DNA of 64,000 bases from Octopus sinensis (Eukaryota), in the NCBI RefSeq assembly GCF_006345805.1, contig NC_042997.1, positions 188,976,001-189,040,000 of the forward strand, read 5' to 3'. The translations under genes were made by a program, and so were the position numbers. Under the pieces are notes generated by a model. It ran no database searches. It was not told the DNA's origin and was given only the letters and a program-made list of their open reading frames with translations. Shown piece after piece: positions 39,847 to 53,349 of the stretch; the first letter of the stretch is position 1; each line of letters starts with the position of its first letter.

Positions 39847-41629
39847 TTCTTTACTACCCACAAGGGGATAAACAAGGATAAACAAAGGGATTAAGTCGAT
39901 TACATCGACCCCAGTGTGAAACTAGAACTTTATTTATCGACTCCGAAAAGGATGGAAGGCAAAGTCGACCTCGGGGACATGCTGCTTTCAGTTTCTGTCT
40001 ACCAAATCTATTCACAAGGCTTTGGTTGGCCCAAGGCTATAGCAGAAGATGCTTGCCCAAGGTGTCACACAGTGGGACTAGACCCAGAACCATGTGGTTG
40101 GGAAGCAAGCTTCTTACCACACAGACAGCCATGCCTGTGTGCACTCACACACACACACAGGTAAATTTGAAAAATTAGACTGAATCAGTTAAATCAGTAG
40201 AAACAAATAATAGTCAGATTTGAGCTCTAGCTAATGCTAAATATTTTTGTTTTAAATGTTAGATATGACATGCATTTCAATTTAATTTTGTTTGAGCTAT
40301 AACTAAAATATGTATAAATATTGAAGATTATAGCTGGGAAAATAACAAGTTTAGCAATTTTTTGTATCAATAACCATCATTGTTTATCAGTTTTTCTCTG
40401 CTTGCATAAGTAGGCTGGGTCTAGGGCCATTTCATTTTGCATCACCTCATCAGGTGCTGTTTTTGTTTAGTTAAAGGTCGGTCCTGCTTGTGCAGACTTT
40501 TGATCAAATGCTTTGCTGACGTGACCATCTTGTTGTTTTGTATATAAAATGTTACATTGTCTCATGTATTTTTCATTAAGAAACTAGTGTTAAATTTGAG
40601 GGATATTTAGCTGCTATGTCTAGCAGGGCAAGCAAATCTGTAAATGCTCCTTTGTTATGCATTATCTTATCAGTGATGTTCTCAGGTGTAACATAATGAT
40701 TTCTATCATGTCTTTGGATATTTTTTGCACAGCTGTCTGCCGTTTTTCTTGAAGCATGCATAATTTTTTCGCAGTCCATATTAGTATAGTTGTCTCCCCT
40801 TTATACATTAATACCTTCTGTACTTGGACACTTTCTGAATTTGCTTGAACTTTATCATTTCCCTTTGCCATCCAAGAGTGATTTCGTTTTTACTCTTTTC
40901 ATTAAATTATCACTGACTTTTTTTCAGTGTTTAGCCAATGTAAAAGAAGTCAGTAATTATACTGGATTATTGTTCAGTCCCAGATCAACTTTGAATAAAC
41001 AGATTTACAATCAAAGGCATACCAATTATATGATCATTCTGCCTTTTTTCAGGTGTACTAGTATCTATATCTAGGATTACATTATTTTCACATCTACTTC
41101 CTTCTTTCTTTGAAACTCTGGATGTTATTTGTGAGAGATTTGATTGCTATTTCTAGTAGACAGAGTGACCATGTAAAAACACCCTCTACACTCTTGGAGT
41201 GGTTGGCATGAGGAAGGGCATCCAATTGTAGGAACCTTACCAAATCAGAATGGAACCTGGTGCAGCTCCCTGACTTACCAGTTTTCACTCAAACTGTCCA
41301 ACCCATGCCAGCATGGGAAATGGATGTTAAATGATGATTATATATATATATAAACATGAAAATATTGATTTCTAACTTTTGCAAAAGCTGCAAATTTGTA
41401 GGTGAGGCATTAATTGAAAGACTATATAACTTGTACTTATTCTGTTTAGATTGCTGTGATGGAAGAGAAAGCTTGCTCTGTTGTGACTTGCTTGTAATTA
41501 AATGCTGCTGGGTATTTAGTGTAACACTTTATCAATTATGTCATTTCATAGCCTTCATATACAACTTTAAAGTATAAAAGAAACATTTTATGTATTTGAT
41601 CTGAGACTGTGTGGTGAAGCTAAAACAAT

Positions 41630-41870
41630 TACAGCATGGAACACATATATTAGCTATTCAAAAACACATACTGACTGTTAACTCCACTTAAATATTTATT
41701 ATTTGGTGCTAACAATTTTTGTTGCACCAACTGCAATTGGTCATTGATGTGATTCCACTGCAACCAAGTTTCAGTTGGTATGATGAAAATTTTGACACCA
41801 AATTAATAAATGCTTAAGTGAAGTTAATGGTGTGTTATTTTGAATGGCTAATTTGTCTTCCATGTTGTAG
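41630..41870. mobile_element. Old foldback/MITE element; partial second copy at ~43330-43480
   Basis: ~70-bp imperfect inverted arms (ACAGCATGGAA...TTAGCTATTCAAAA...CACTTAA..ATTTAT). Confidence 0.6.
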
Positions 41871-42792
41871 TACTACCCAAGAGACAAAAGAATCAACCCA
41901 ATACTGAGGGAACTATCAGGTTCCCTCAATTTATATAAATTACTTAAGAACTAGATGGGTATCAAAATAATAAAGCATGAAACAACTTGATTGGTTAATG
42001 TAGGAAACTGCTCTACAAGAACAAGCATATTAATAGTATATGTCCTTATGGTCAGAGAGGATCTCCAGGAGCTACATTATCTATTTCAACTTTGTCTTTT
42101 GTCCTCCTGGGGCCAATAAAAGAAATACCAGCTCATGACAGTTGATTGGCATACGTTTAAGAATGTTGAAGTTGTTGCCTAAAGTATTTGTCCTGGCTCT
42201 TTGCGTTCTGAGTTCAAATCCTACCATTACTGACTTTGTAGTGGACTTCATCCATTCAGTGCCTGACTTAACACTACAACCTGGCACTTTGGATGTCTTT
42301 AGCAGAGTGGACTCTGCTTCTTTAGCAGAGTGGACTCTGCTGCAAGCATTATAATTAGATGTCTGGCTTGAGGATATATTCCTCTCTTCCACAGTCCTCA
42401 GAGACCCTGTAAAGAGTCATGGGCACTGCATGTCCGCCCTGACAAGATACAAAACAAAACGACAGTAAAATGCCTTTGTATTATTCTCATATGATTTTGT
42501 GCATACAGATCATCTTAATGTAATACTCTTCTCAACTCACACACTCTCCCTCTTTCTCTCTTATATATATACACAGGTAAATGCTCTTAGATAAACAACA
42601 GGATAAGGAGGGATTCATATATGAACAGATTTTGTAGATTTATATAGACTTAGCTTTCTGAATGCTCAGTTATTCTAATTGTTAATCTTCCGTGGATTAA
42701 TCTGGGTGATTATATAATCTGATTGACATGATTGTTTTCTCTATTGTCTGTAAGAATATGTGTATGTATGTGTGTGTGTGTGTATATATATA

Positions 42793-42833
<41 letters not shown>

Positions 42834-44294
42834 AGAATGAGATTGACCGGTTTGATATCAAGTTATCATAAATGTTTGTGCATAACTGTTGCATTTGTGG
42901 AGTGCAAGTCTGATTACGAATGTATTTTATTGAAAAAAAAAAGAAAAAAATTTCACATTTTTTTTGGGAATGGTTTTAAAAAAAAAATTTGATAGGTGTA
43001 GGTGTGGCTGTGTGGTAAGTTGCTTGCTAACCAACCACATGGTTCCAGGTTCAGTCCCAGTGCTCTGCACCTTGGGCAAGTGTCTTCTACTATAGCCTCG
43101 GGTCGACCAAAGCCTTGTGAGTGGATTTGGTAGACGGCAACTGAAAGAAGCCCGTCGTATATATATGTGTGTTTGTGTGTCTGTGTTTGTCCCCCACCAT
43201 CGCTTGACAACCGATGTTGGTGTGTTCACGTCCCTGTAACTTAGTGGTTTGGCAAAACTGCAGTCAAATGACTGAAACAAATAAAAGAGAGAAAAAGAAT
43301 ATCAATTTTGGATGTGTACTTACCAGGCAAGTGATTTGATCTGATTGTGTATTGAAACTAAAACAATTACAGTGTGGAAGATACATATTAGCCATACAAA
43401 AACACCCAAAGTCTTTCAGCTTCACTTAAATATATATCAGTAATAACTTTTTGATGCCAAATAATAAATGTAAATAGTCATTTTAATGTTATTGATATAA
43501 GTGTTTTAACTACTATGAAACCATCTCTCAGTTAAAATTCGTGGTGAGAGCCTCCAATGAATTTTAACTGAGAGATGAACATTTATTCTATCATAAGTTC
43601 TTATCTCAGCCTACCATTATAACATCTCATTATGAGTGAAGTTTACTGAGTGAGGTTTCTCAGCAAGTAATTAGCGGTCTGAACTCTTAGTGAGAAAGGA
43701 GGCTGTTCCATCAGCTGTACGTGATCATCTTAAATCCACTCGACCTCTTCTTTGTCAACTATCTGTCTCTTTTGTTTGATTATCTGATTACAAGTATCAT
43801 CAGATGTTTTTCATCTACATCTCATTGAGGACATCTATATCAGCTTTTCTCTCTTTAAAGTTCTCTCTCTCTCGGTAACATTGATTCCACAAATCTTTCC
43901 AGTTGAAAAAAATTTGATTAACAAATTTTATCTATGTAATTATTGATGTAGACAAGTTAAGGAAATTTCTTTCTGTCATCACTTTTCTTGTAATGTATTA
44001 GTGGTAATTTAAGACTAAGTTGGCTTAAAAGCTTGGATTTTCCATTAAATTTTTTTCTGTATCATCAACTAGGAAATTGAAGCATAAATTCAAATGTGTT
44101 AAAATTTTCGATTTTTTTCCATTTCTAGTATTTAGTTTAAGTTGCAATTAGTTAAAAAAAAACTTTTAAACGAATCCATTAAAAATATTTTAATTTAATT
44201 AGTCACATTTAATTTTATGAAGTGAATGCTTGAAAGTATAAAGATAAAATTTGAAGGTTAAAATATTTTTAATTCTCTTCATATCTTTTTCAGA

Positions 44295-47200
44295 ATGTCT
44301 CAGCCAGTAGCACCTTGGAATCCAGATAATTACGGGAACCAGTCTGGCAGTGTTGGACCAGTGACATTTTATAATCCTGCTGAATTTCAAAATAATGTTC
44401 CAAGCAACCAGTTTGCTGGTACTTCATTCCAACCATTGTCTGAAGGTAATACAGTGTCTACTATTACAGACCAACCAATAACTACTGCCGAATGTAATAT
44501 TAGTAATCAACAAGCTCAGTTACAAACTGTAGCTCCTACAATATTTCAACCATCTAATTGTAACAATGTTCAGCCTGCTAACCAGGTGCCGCCTGATAAA
44601 GATTCTTTGAACCAGCTAAATGCATCTACAGATAGCAATAATACTGTTAATGGCACGTGGGACCCAAACCCTGCATGGGGAGACCATCCGAGTTCTTTCT
44701 TTGGTAACCAGTTCACTGGAATGGGGCAGTATCATGAACACAATGTTAGTTCCGTAAACAGTGTTGGAAATGATTCCCATGGAAATAATATTTCTGGTCA
44801 TGAACAAATTTCAACAGGTACAATTCAGTATTTTGACCAAAATCAGAACTTACCAGCTGGAATGAATCAGGATTTATCAGGTGGACAAATGTGGCCAAAT
44901 ATACTATCACCAAACACACAACAGTGGCCTAGTGATACTTCTAATAATGTTCTTCCGCAGACCTATTTTTCATCAGATTCTAGTAATTCACAACCAACTA
45001 TCCAGGCTAACTATTCTGCATATCAGAGCCCTTCACCCATGTTGTTATCTTCACCTGTTCAAGACCCCAGTTCATCTCTTCAAACTCCAGGACAAAAAAT
45101 AATAACTACAACAGAATCAAGATATTTTTCTCAAGCACCTGATAATAACCAAGCTGTTCATTCTCAGAATAGCTGGCCTCAAGTTTCTAATATAGCTGTT
45201 AGTAAACCTCTAGAAGCATGTGAGCAGCAAACAACTGCTGCTGCATTTTTTAATCAGAGTAATACTGGTTTAGATAACTCTCTGTGGGAGCCCACAAAAA
45301 ACTTGTCAAATTCTAATCCACCAGTTGGGATTTTTCAACCACAAAATTATCCAGTTTTAGTGAAAAATGACTCCTATCCAGAACCGAATTCTGTACCTGT
45401 TACAGCAACTCCCTCAAACCAGACAGTTGCCGATAATTTAAGTACATCAGTTGCACAAGCTTTTTCTGTTGGTAACAACTCACAGTCTATTGGGAACAGT
45501 ATACAAAATAGTGCTGCTAGTGTTGCAGAAGTTAGTAATAAATTTAATGAAATTTCACTAAACGCATTGCCTGAGGAATCTGTTCCAACATCAACTGAGG
45601 CTGCTAGTTTTGTTCAACAAAACCAGCAGCAACATTTGCCTTTGGATTCCATAACGAATGTCAACTTGCATGATTCATTCATCACCGAAAACAAAAGCTC
45701 AAACTCAAATGACTGCAGTCAGTACATGAAACATGGCTTACCACAGTCCACAGAGACTCCTGACCAGGAGTTCATTAATAATTGTAAAGAACATGCTAAT
45801 ACTTCTAGTCAGGTTCATCCAATTACAAATGCAATTGTACTTGATAGCTTTAATACAGAGAATTCAAATTTTCAAAATGAACATTTTTCTTTTCCTCAGC
45901 TTGCACCGTCCTCTACAATTAAGGAGACTTCAAATCAAGATGTGATACCAAAACCAGCTGAACAGCATCATAATTATGACCCCCAGAATGAAATAGTGGC
46001 AGCCCCAACTCCGCCTTTGGAGGATTTGGATCAGCTCAAAGAAAGTATGAAACAGATTCCTAATACTTCCAATATTAATAATACATTTGAATCAGTTGCT
46101 AACTCTAAGAAAGAAATGGCATCACAATTTGGCTCAGAGCAAACTGCATCTTTGAGAAAGGACCATATGCTAAACGTTTTTGCAAGTGAAATTCAGCCAA
46201 GAGAATCTAGCCCATTCCAGCCACCTCCTCCAAGGCAAAATTCTGTAGAAGGAAATCGTCCACAATCCATCTCCAGAGGAAGTTCTCAAGAGAGTAGTCG
46301 AAGTTTGCGAGGCAGTGTTCATGGAGAACCCAGTTCTAAAGGAAACCAGAGCCTTAGAGGAAGTGCAACTAAAAGTGATCCATCTCTTCAAGACTGTTGG
46401 TCAAATTCTGGTGTTCAGTCATTTTTACGGCAAGGATCACAGGAGAGCATTCGATCTGTAGAATCCAATGCATCACGACCCTCTATGGAACAGATTGAAG
46501 AACGTGCTAAAGACACAAAGGGTCTTATGCCACCACCAAAAAATGTAAACCGACATGATCAAACCTCTGCAGCAATCAGGGCCAATGCAGTTGATGCAGC
46601 TCGTTTACAAGACTGCATGTCACCTATGACCACATTATGGGATAATCCCCAGATATCATCAAGTGGCATAATGCTTGTGCCCAGCATACCTGTGGTCAGT
46701 TCTGAAAGTTCTACAGCTTTTTCTCTTGTGGCTAAAGGATCTAGTACTAGTTCAGAAAACAAAAATATCACTGCAGAAACTTCTATTGCAAGTAAGCGCT
46801 CTTTGGATGTCACTAATGATACAACTAACAACAGCAGTGACAAATTGGACAGTTCCCAACCTTTGACATCAACTCCAAATTCTTCAAAAACTGCTACTAG
46901 TAATCATGATAGTTCTCCAATAAAACCAGAGTTTAAAAGCCCCCCGCAACAATATGAAGAAGGCCATACAAAAAAAGACTTTCCTGGATCTCGTGACCCT
47001 CACAGTTCTTGGAGTGTTCAGGATGCAAGATTTCCACAGAACTCACAAGATCGTCATGATTTCAGAGGTTCTCGTGACTCTTTGGATATCCGGGATTCAA
47101 AAGGTTATCGAGATCATGACTTCCATGGTTCTAGAGAATCTTTAGATATGCGAGATTCTAGACATTCTCGTGAGTACCGAGATCGCGAGCCAGTGGATTT

Positions 47201-47409
47201 TAGAGGTTCAAAAGCAAGAGACAGGGATTACCGTCATCCTCGAGATTATGATTATGATTATCGAATGCGTTATCACAAGAATCCACGATATGACGCTTAC
47301 TATGATCGACCTGTGAGTCGACCTGAATTTGAACGTTATGGAGAATACAACAATTACTACCGTGATGAAGAACATCATGAATCATATGAAAGGCCACGTT
47401 CTAGGCAGG
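44295..47409 (+). CDS. SEC16: Giant first coding exon of a Sec16-like COPII/ER-exit-site scaffold gene (N-terminal disordered region plus Arg-rich region)
   Basis: 1039-codon S/N/Q/P-rich ORF; acceptor TCTTTTTCAG|A-ATG at 44293/44294; donor CAG G|GTTAGT at 47409/47410 (phase 1). SPMTTLWDNP...IMLVPSIP resembles the recalled SEC16A TTLW...VLLAPAAP motif, and the R/D/Y-rich end RPRSRQG resembles the region preceding the central conserved domain, which is not in the window. Confidence 0.78.
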
Positions 47410-47444
47410 GTTAGTATTGACATTTTTACCCTTTTTTTAATATA

Positions 47445-47839
47445 CTAGCAGTATCGCCCGGCGTTGCTCGGGTTTGTTTCAACCCTTTAGAATTGGAATT
47501 TTTGAAAAGTAAAAATTTTGCATTATGTAGCTTGTTATTCTCTTTAAGCGAACATTTTTCTGGTTGAAATACACCGAAAAATGGCGACACAGCAGTAAAA
47601 AAAATCGTAAAAAATAGGGATTTTCATAGAAAAAAAACACCTTTTTGATGTAAATAATTTTTGGTGTTAACATGGTCTGATTTGAATTTTTTCTTCTATG
47701 GAAGGAAGAGCAAGCCTTCTTCTATCATACTCTCATTTTTGGTCAACTTGCGCTGCAGGGTCTCGGAGGAGGTAGCGTTAGTTGAAGGCTACCAAACCTG
47801 CCATACACAGACAACTTCAGCTTTATATGTATAGAGAGA
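47445..47839 (-). mobile_element. Non-autonomous Helitron, 35 nt into the intron after the large exon
   Basis: Minus strand A|TCTCTCTATACATATAAAG ... CCCGAGCAACGCCGGGCGATACTGCTAG|T; 3' end nearly identical to 34000-34027. Confidence 0.85.
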
Positions 47840-48047
47840 TTATTGTAAACTTATGCACAGACATATAAACATATCATGTGCATATACAACAGTGTGTATA
47901 AGCATATACACATATAAAACAAATAGTAGCGTTAATGAATGTTGGGTTTAGAGTATTTAGATAATTTTTCAAATTTTGGTACCTATTTTACTTGATGACT
48001 TGTTTTCAGATCAGTTCCATGGCAGGGAATGATCCACACATTTGTAG

Positions 48048-48356
48048 GTGGAGGCACATGGCCTAGTGGTTAGAGCAGCGGACTCGCAGTTGAGGGATCA
48101 CGGGTTCGAATCTCAAACTGGACGATGTGTGTTTTTATGAGTGAAACACCTAAGCTCCACACAGCTCCAGCAGAAGGTAATGGCGAAACTTCTGCTGACT
48201 CTTTTGCCGCAACTTTCTCTCACTCTTTCCTCCTGCATCTTGCAGCTCACCTGCGATGGACCGGCGTCCTGTCCAGGTGGGGAACCTATTTACGCCAAGA
48301 AACCAGGAAAACGGCCCTTATGAGCCAGGCATGGCTCGAAAAGAAACAAACAACAG
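48048..48356 (+). mobile_element. tRNA-derived SINE with (AAC)n tail
   Basis: GTGGAGGCACATGGCCTAGTGGTTAGAGCAGCGGACTCGC...GGTTCGAATCT A/B boxes; inverted relative at 35195-35400. Confidence 0.82.
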
Positions 48357-50594
48357 AACACATTTGTAGCTATCATTTGTTGTTATGCTTTATTGGATAA
48401 AACAAACAAAGAGGTTCCTCTTAAAGTGATTAACCTCATCTATTTGGTGACATGCAAGAAAGTAGATTCCATCTTTGTTCATGTCTGAAATAGAACCACT
48501 TATGTAAAATGAAAGAGGTGTGCATGTATATGTGCCTACTATGAGGTGAGCTGAGTTCTTTCATTTCTGGCAGCTTCTTCCTATGTTTATAATTATTTAA
48601 TTTTAGCCATTAAGACTAAGATCATGCTGGAGAACTACTTTTCTTTTTTCAGTTTATCTTAGCTATCTTGGTCAAGACCATGCTGGAATATTGATTTTAA
48701 TGTAGACAGTTCTAATGTTGTTGTATCATCTCTGCTCTATGTCCTGATTAAAATCTTCCCAGGTGATTGGTCTGACTCACTGGAAAGAAATGCATCTTGG
48801 CTTCCTTAAAAGTCATAGGGGAAACTTTAGGAGTGGCATACATAAATATGGACCTTAAAAGACCAAAGTATTGCAGTATAGATTCTTTCGTGTGAACGTG
48901 AAGAAAGCTTAGAAATGTGACTATTTTACATCCTTTTCGATCATTTAAGTGCCTAATAAACCTATTTGCTTGATATTTTTTTTTACATGTGAATGTCATA
49001 TTTGACTTTGTCAAAAGGTTTTGGTAAAATCAAGTTAGTCAACTCTTAAAAAAAAATAAATAAATGCGCCCTTTTAAAGCCTAGCCAGGCTCATGGTCCT
49101 GGTTCCCCGGTTTCAATGGAGTATGTGTTCCCCAGCTTGACAGGACACCAATCCATTGCAGCGTTACTCATTTTTGCGGGCTGAGTGGACTGGAGCAATG
49201 TGAAATGAAGTGTTTTGCTCAAGAACACAATGCGTCACCCAGTCCAAGAATTGAAACCATAATCTTACAATCATCATGCAGACACCCTAACCACTAAGCC
49301 ACGTGCCTTCACAGTCAACTCTTAAACATGGGTAATAAACCTTTTCACAAATTAGTTTTATTTTGAAGCTACGTCAAGCAGTTTTTTTCTGTATTATGTA
49401 TTGTTGAAATGGTTGTTTTTCTGAAAGAAGCTTATCCTTCTGTCTTAAATTCTTTCTGAAACTTCTTAAAAGTGATGGTATAAACAGCATGAGTTTAATA
49501 GTTGCCTGCTTGTGGTTGACTATCATCACTTAATAAATTGATATTGCTACTTTTTACTGCATAATTGCATGTGGTTTGTTTAAATAGTTTTGCTGAAATA
49601 TTCCAGCTAGACTGGCTCTGTTACATTTTAGGAGCCAAGTTTTCATCAAAACATTTTACTTCAGTTATTTATCATATTTTGTATAAAGAGCATTACTGTC
49701 GGTATTCTTTACACACTCAATGTTCAGTTTGTTGCTCATTTTTATTTAACTATAGTTAAATTTAGTCTGATTTTCGAAGCAAGTTTACTTGTATATGAAT
49801 CCTGCTAGTGGAGAATTGGTTCAGTCTTTTTTTTAATTTGTGTCAAAATTGGTGTATTGGGTGGTATTGAATATAGTACCATCATAGTACCCTGTATTGA
49901 GGTGAACCTCCAGGTTACCCCTTTAGCATTCAGATTACTCTATCAAATGTAATGGTTATTTATTCACATTGTTTTGAATTAGTCATGTAGTAACTTGTAG
50001 CTTTGAGATTTTGAAGATGTGGTTGCATATTTTTAGATAGGTTTGAGAGGCCAGATCCGGCCAATTTGAATATAAAACAGGCCGAATATTTTGGCCGGAT
50101 ATGGCTGGTTTAAATGCTTAAGAGTTAAATATCTCTTAAAAGCTATTATATTTCTGGCAAGTTGAGATCACCTTAAAGGATGTTAATACATGTGCCAGCA
50201 TCCCCAAGTACCTTCTATTTAATTAGTTGTATATTATCAAAACAGTAACCATAAATGAACAGCAGTGTCCGGGGGCCAATACATGAGAAATAGTATAATG
50301 TTGTTCTGTTCAACATGAACTATGATTGACTCAGTGGCTGTATTGGAATGAGAAATGAGCATTTCATCAACCAGGTGTTCATGGAGAGGCTAGCTCTAAG
50401 ATTATTAGATTATTATTTCAGTTCATTTGCTTATGGACTTCTTGGGTTTTAAAAAGAATTAAGGTTTCGCTGCTGATGTGTGTAGACTTATGTTCTGGTT
50501 AAATATATAATGAGCTACATGATAAAATTAGTATTTATCTCTTCTGTAAGTGTTGAAGTTGTTGAATCACCTCTGGTCAGCTGTAGAAAAGAAA

Positions 50595-51012
50595 GGCTGC
50601 GAGCTGGCAGAACCGTTAGCACGCTGGACGAAATGCTTAGTGGTATTTCACCTGCCGCTACGTTCTGAGTTCAAATTCTGCCGAGGTCAACTTTGCCTTT
50701 CATCCTTTCGGGGTCGATTAAATAAATACCAGTTATGCACTGGGGTTGATATAATCGACTTAATCCTTTTGTCTGTCCTTGTTGGTCCTCTCTGTGTTTA
50801 GCCCATTGTGGGTAGTAAAGAAATAGGTATTTTGACTGTCTTTATGTTCTGAATTCGAATTCCGCTGAGGTCAACTTTGCCTTTCATCTTTTCGGGGTCG
50901 ATAAATTAAGTACCAGTTATGCATTGAGGTCGATGTAATTGACTTAATCCCTTTGTCTGTCCTTGTTTGTCTCCTCTGTGTGTAGCCCCTTGTGGGCAGT
51001 GAAGAAATAAGA
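50595..51012 (+). mobile_element. SINE family B with tandemly reiterated body
   Basis: Full head and body, then the body restarts directly after the tail at GGTATTT (50826-50832). Confidence 0.85.
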
Positions 51013-51020
51013 AAAGAAAA

Positions 51021-53349
51021 TCTCTTATGATAAAAGGCAGATTTTCTCTGCCTCCCAAATCGTTCGTTTTTTATACAATTGTACAATATAGAATGTCTTC
51101 AATTGGAATTTACCTATGATTTTTCCAAGTAGATTCCATTGGGTCATGGCATGTAAAGTTTTTTCAATTTGACCCCCAATTAAGCAAAAATTCGAGAAAA
51201 CTCGATATTTTACGATTTGCCTCTCTCATTTCAAGTGCTTCACTCCTTCCATTACCACTACACTTTCTCCTCCTTTCTCTTTGCAAGTGTGCAACAATTA
51301 AAGTGAAAGTATTTATATAACAGGGATGAGCCATTAATACTGGTCATCCTTTTTGCTAGAGGAAGATCCGCTATGGTCTTATATGCTACACCACTGGTTT
51401 TCAATTCATATTAATCAAATTAATATTCAATTTTTCACCCTTATTATGTGTGTGTGTGTATTAGCAATTCATATAAAATTGCATCAATGACTTGAACTTG
51501 AATAAGTGGTTTCACATAAATGGGGATAAATTAAAAAGGTTTGTTGTTATTATTATTACTGTTTGACTATTGTAATCACGTTTGTTGGTTCCTCGTCAGG
51601 GAAACGTTGTTGTGTTGCATTGGGGCTTTGGTTATTGTTTCAAAATTGAATTGTGTCCCTGTTTGGGGAAATTGACAATATTTTCACTGTCATAACGGAA
51701 GCATTTTTGTTAAAATGCCTTCGATAGAAGAAAGTCCAAAAATGAATTTTGCTGCAGCCGTACACTTCTATACAAGAGGGAGGACAAGATCCAATTGATC
51801 GAAATTGCAAGAGACGGGCCTACAATTCCAATCTGTTATATATTTTGAGTATTGTTATCACTAGCGATATCAAGATATAACTTTGTATTTTATGTGTAGA
51901 TGTATAGATATATAGATGTACATGTAATATGTACACATATATATATACACATATATACATGGATAATATATCTACCCAGACACACACACACACACACACA
52001 CATACATAGGGGCAGGTGTGGCTGTGTGGTAACAAACTACGTTCGAAGATACTGTACTTGATATGGGCGGTAGTGCCTTGCTGGTCTACCTTCAACAAAC
52101 CAAGAAGGCACAAACACTCTGTCTTCACATTTGCTGCATGAGACATGTTTTAATGTTGACGAGCTTGCCGAGTACATAGCCAACAATGAGCCAAAGCTCC
52201 TTCCAGAACAGAAGTTCGCTTACAACTCCGTTGTTAATTCAGTCCGGGCCAAAGCTGTGGGGATTTTCTTCCTGGACGCTCCTGGGGGCACTGGGAAAAC
52301 TTTTCTCAACAAATTAATATTGGCTGAGATTAGGCGAACACAAGGCATTGCCCTAGCTGTGGCATAATCTGGAATTGCGGCTACTTTATTGCCAGGTGGC
52401 AGGACAGCTCACTCCACTTTCAAGCTTCCGCTTGACTTAGCGAAGACTGAGACACCAACTTGCAACAGCAGTAACAGCTCCGATCAGGCAGAAGTCTTCA
52501 GACGATGCAAGCTTATCGTTTGGGATGAATGCACGATGGCCCACAGAGGTGCTCTTGAGGCACTAGATAGATCTCTCAGAGACATCAAACACTCTTCCGC
52601 TCCCATGGGAGGCATAACACTTCTTCTTTGAGGGGACTTCCAACAAACACTTCCCGTTATTCCCAAAGGGACTACAGCTGATGCAGTAAGTGCGTGTCTT
52701 AAGTCATCCACATTGTGGCCACTGGTGAAGACTCTCAAATTTCACACCAATATGCGTGCTCATATGCGATGTAATATCACATCAGCAGCATTTTCTCACA
52801 CCCTCCTCGCACTTGGCGAAGGCAAAATACCAGGGGATGAAAATGGTAATATTGCCATTGATTCCATTTGTACCGTTGTTAAAACGCCTTCTGATCTCAG
52901 AGATGCAGTGTTCCCAGATCTACAAGCTAATTATCAGAATATGGATTGGATTGGCCAAAGGGCTATTCTGGCCCCGAGGAATAAAACTGTTCACCATATT
53001 AATGATGAAATGCTAAAACTCATTCCTGGGGATGTCTATGTATATGAGTCTATCGATACAACTCCTGACCCAGAGGACGTCATCAACTATCCAATAGAGG
53101 TACTCAATTCCTTTGAGCCTCCTGGACTACCACCACACATTCTCAAACTTAAAGTTGGTGCCCCTATAATGCTCATTAGAAATTTGGTTCCCCCAAAACA
53201 ATGCAATGGCACACGTTTGATCGTTAAGTCCTTATCTCCCATCGTAAACTTATATCAATATTTGCCTGAATAATCATCATAATTCAGTGCAATCATTAAC
53301 AGTACTTTCAAGCAGTTCAGCCCCGAGCATCGCCGGGCAATTCTGCTAG
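51021..53349 (+). mobile_element. Internally deleted Helitron carrying a PIF1-like helicase remnant
   Basis: A|TCTCTTATGATAAAAG 5' end (inferred by similarity to the other Helitron starts); CCCGAGCATCGCCGGG...CTAG|T 3' end. Confidence 0.8.
52131..53273 (+). pseudogene. Helitron PIF1-family helicase pseudogene fragment
   Basis: FFLDAPGGTGKTFL (Walker A), GGRTAHSTFKLP, IVWDECTM, GDFQQTLPV, LKVGAPIMLIRNL...CNGTRL; premature stops near 52365 and 52629; truncated. Confidence 0.93.

Noticed and set aside
52131-53273. Host PIF1 helicase gene
   Set aside because: Intronless, contains premature stops, and is enclosed by Helitron termini.
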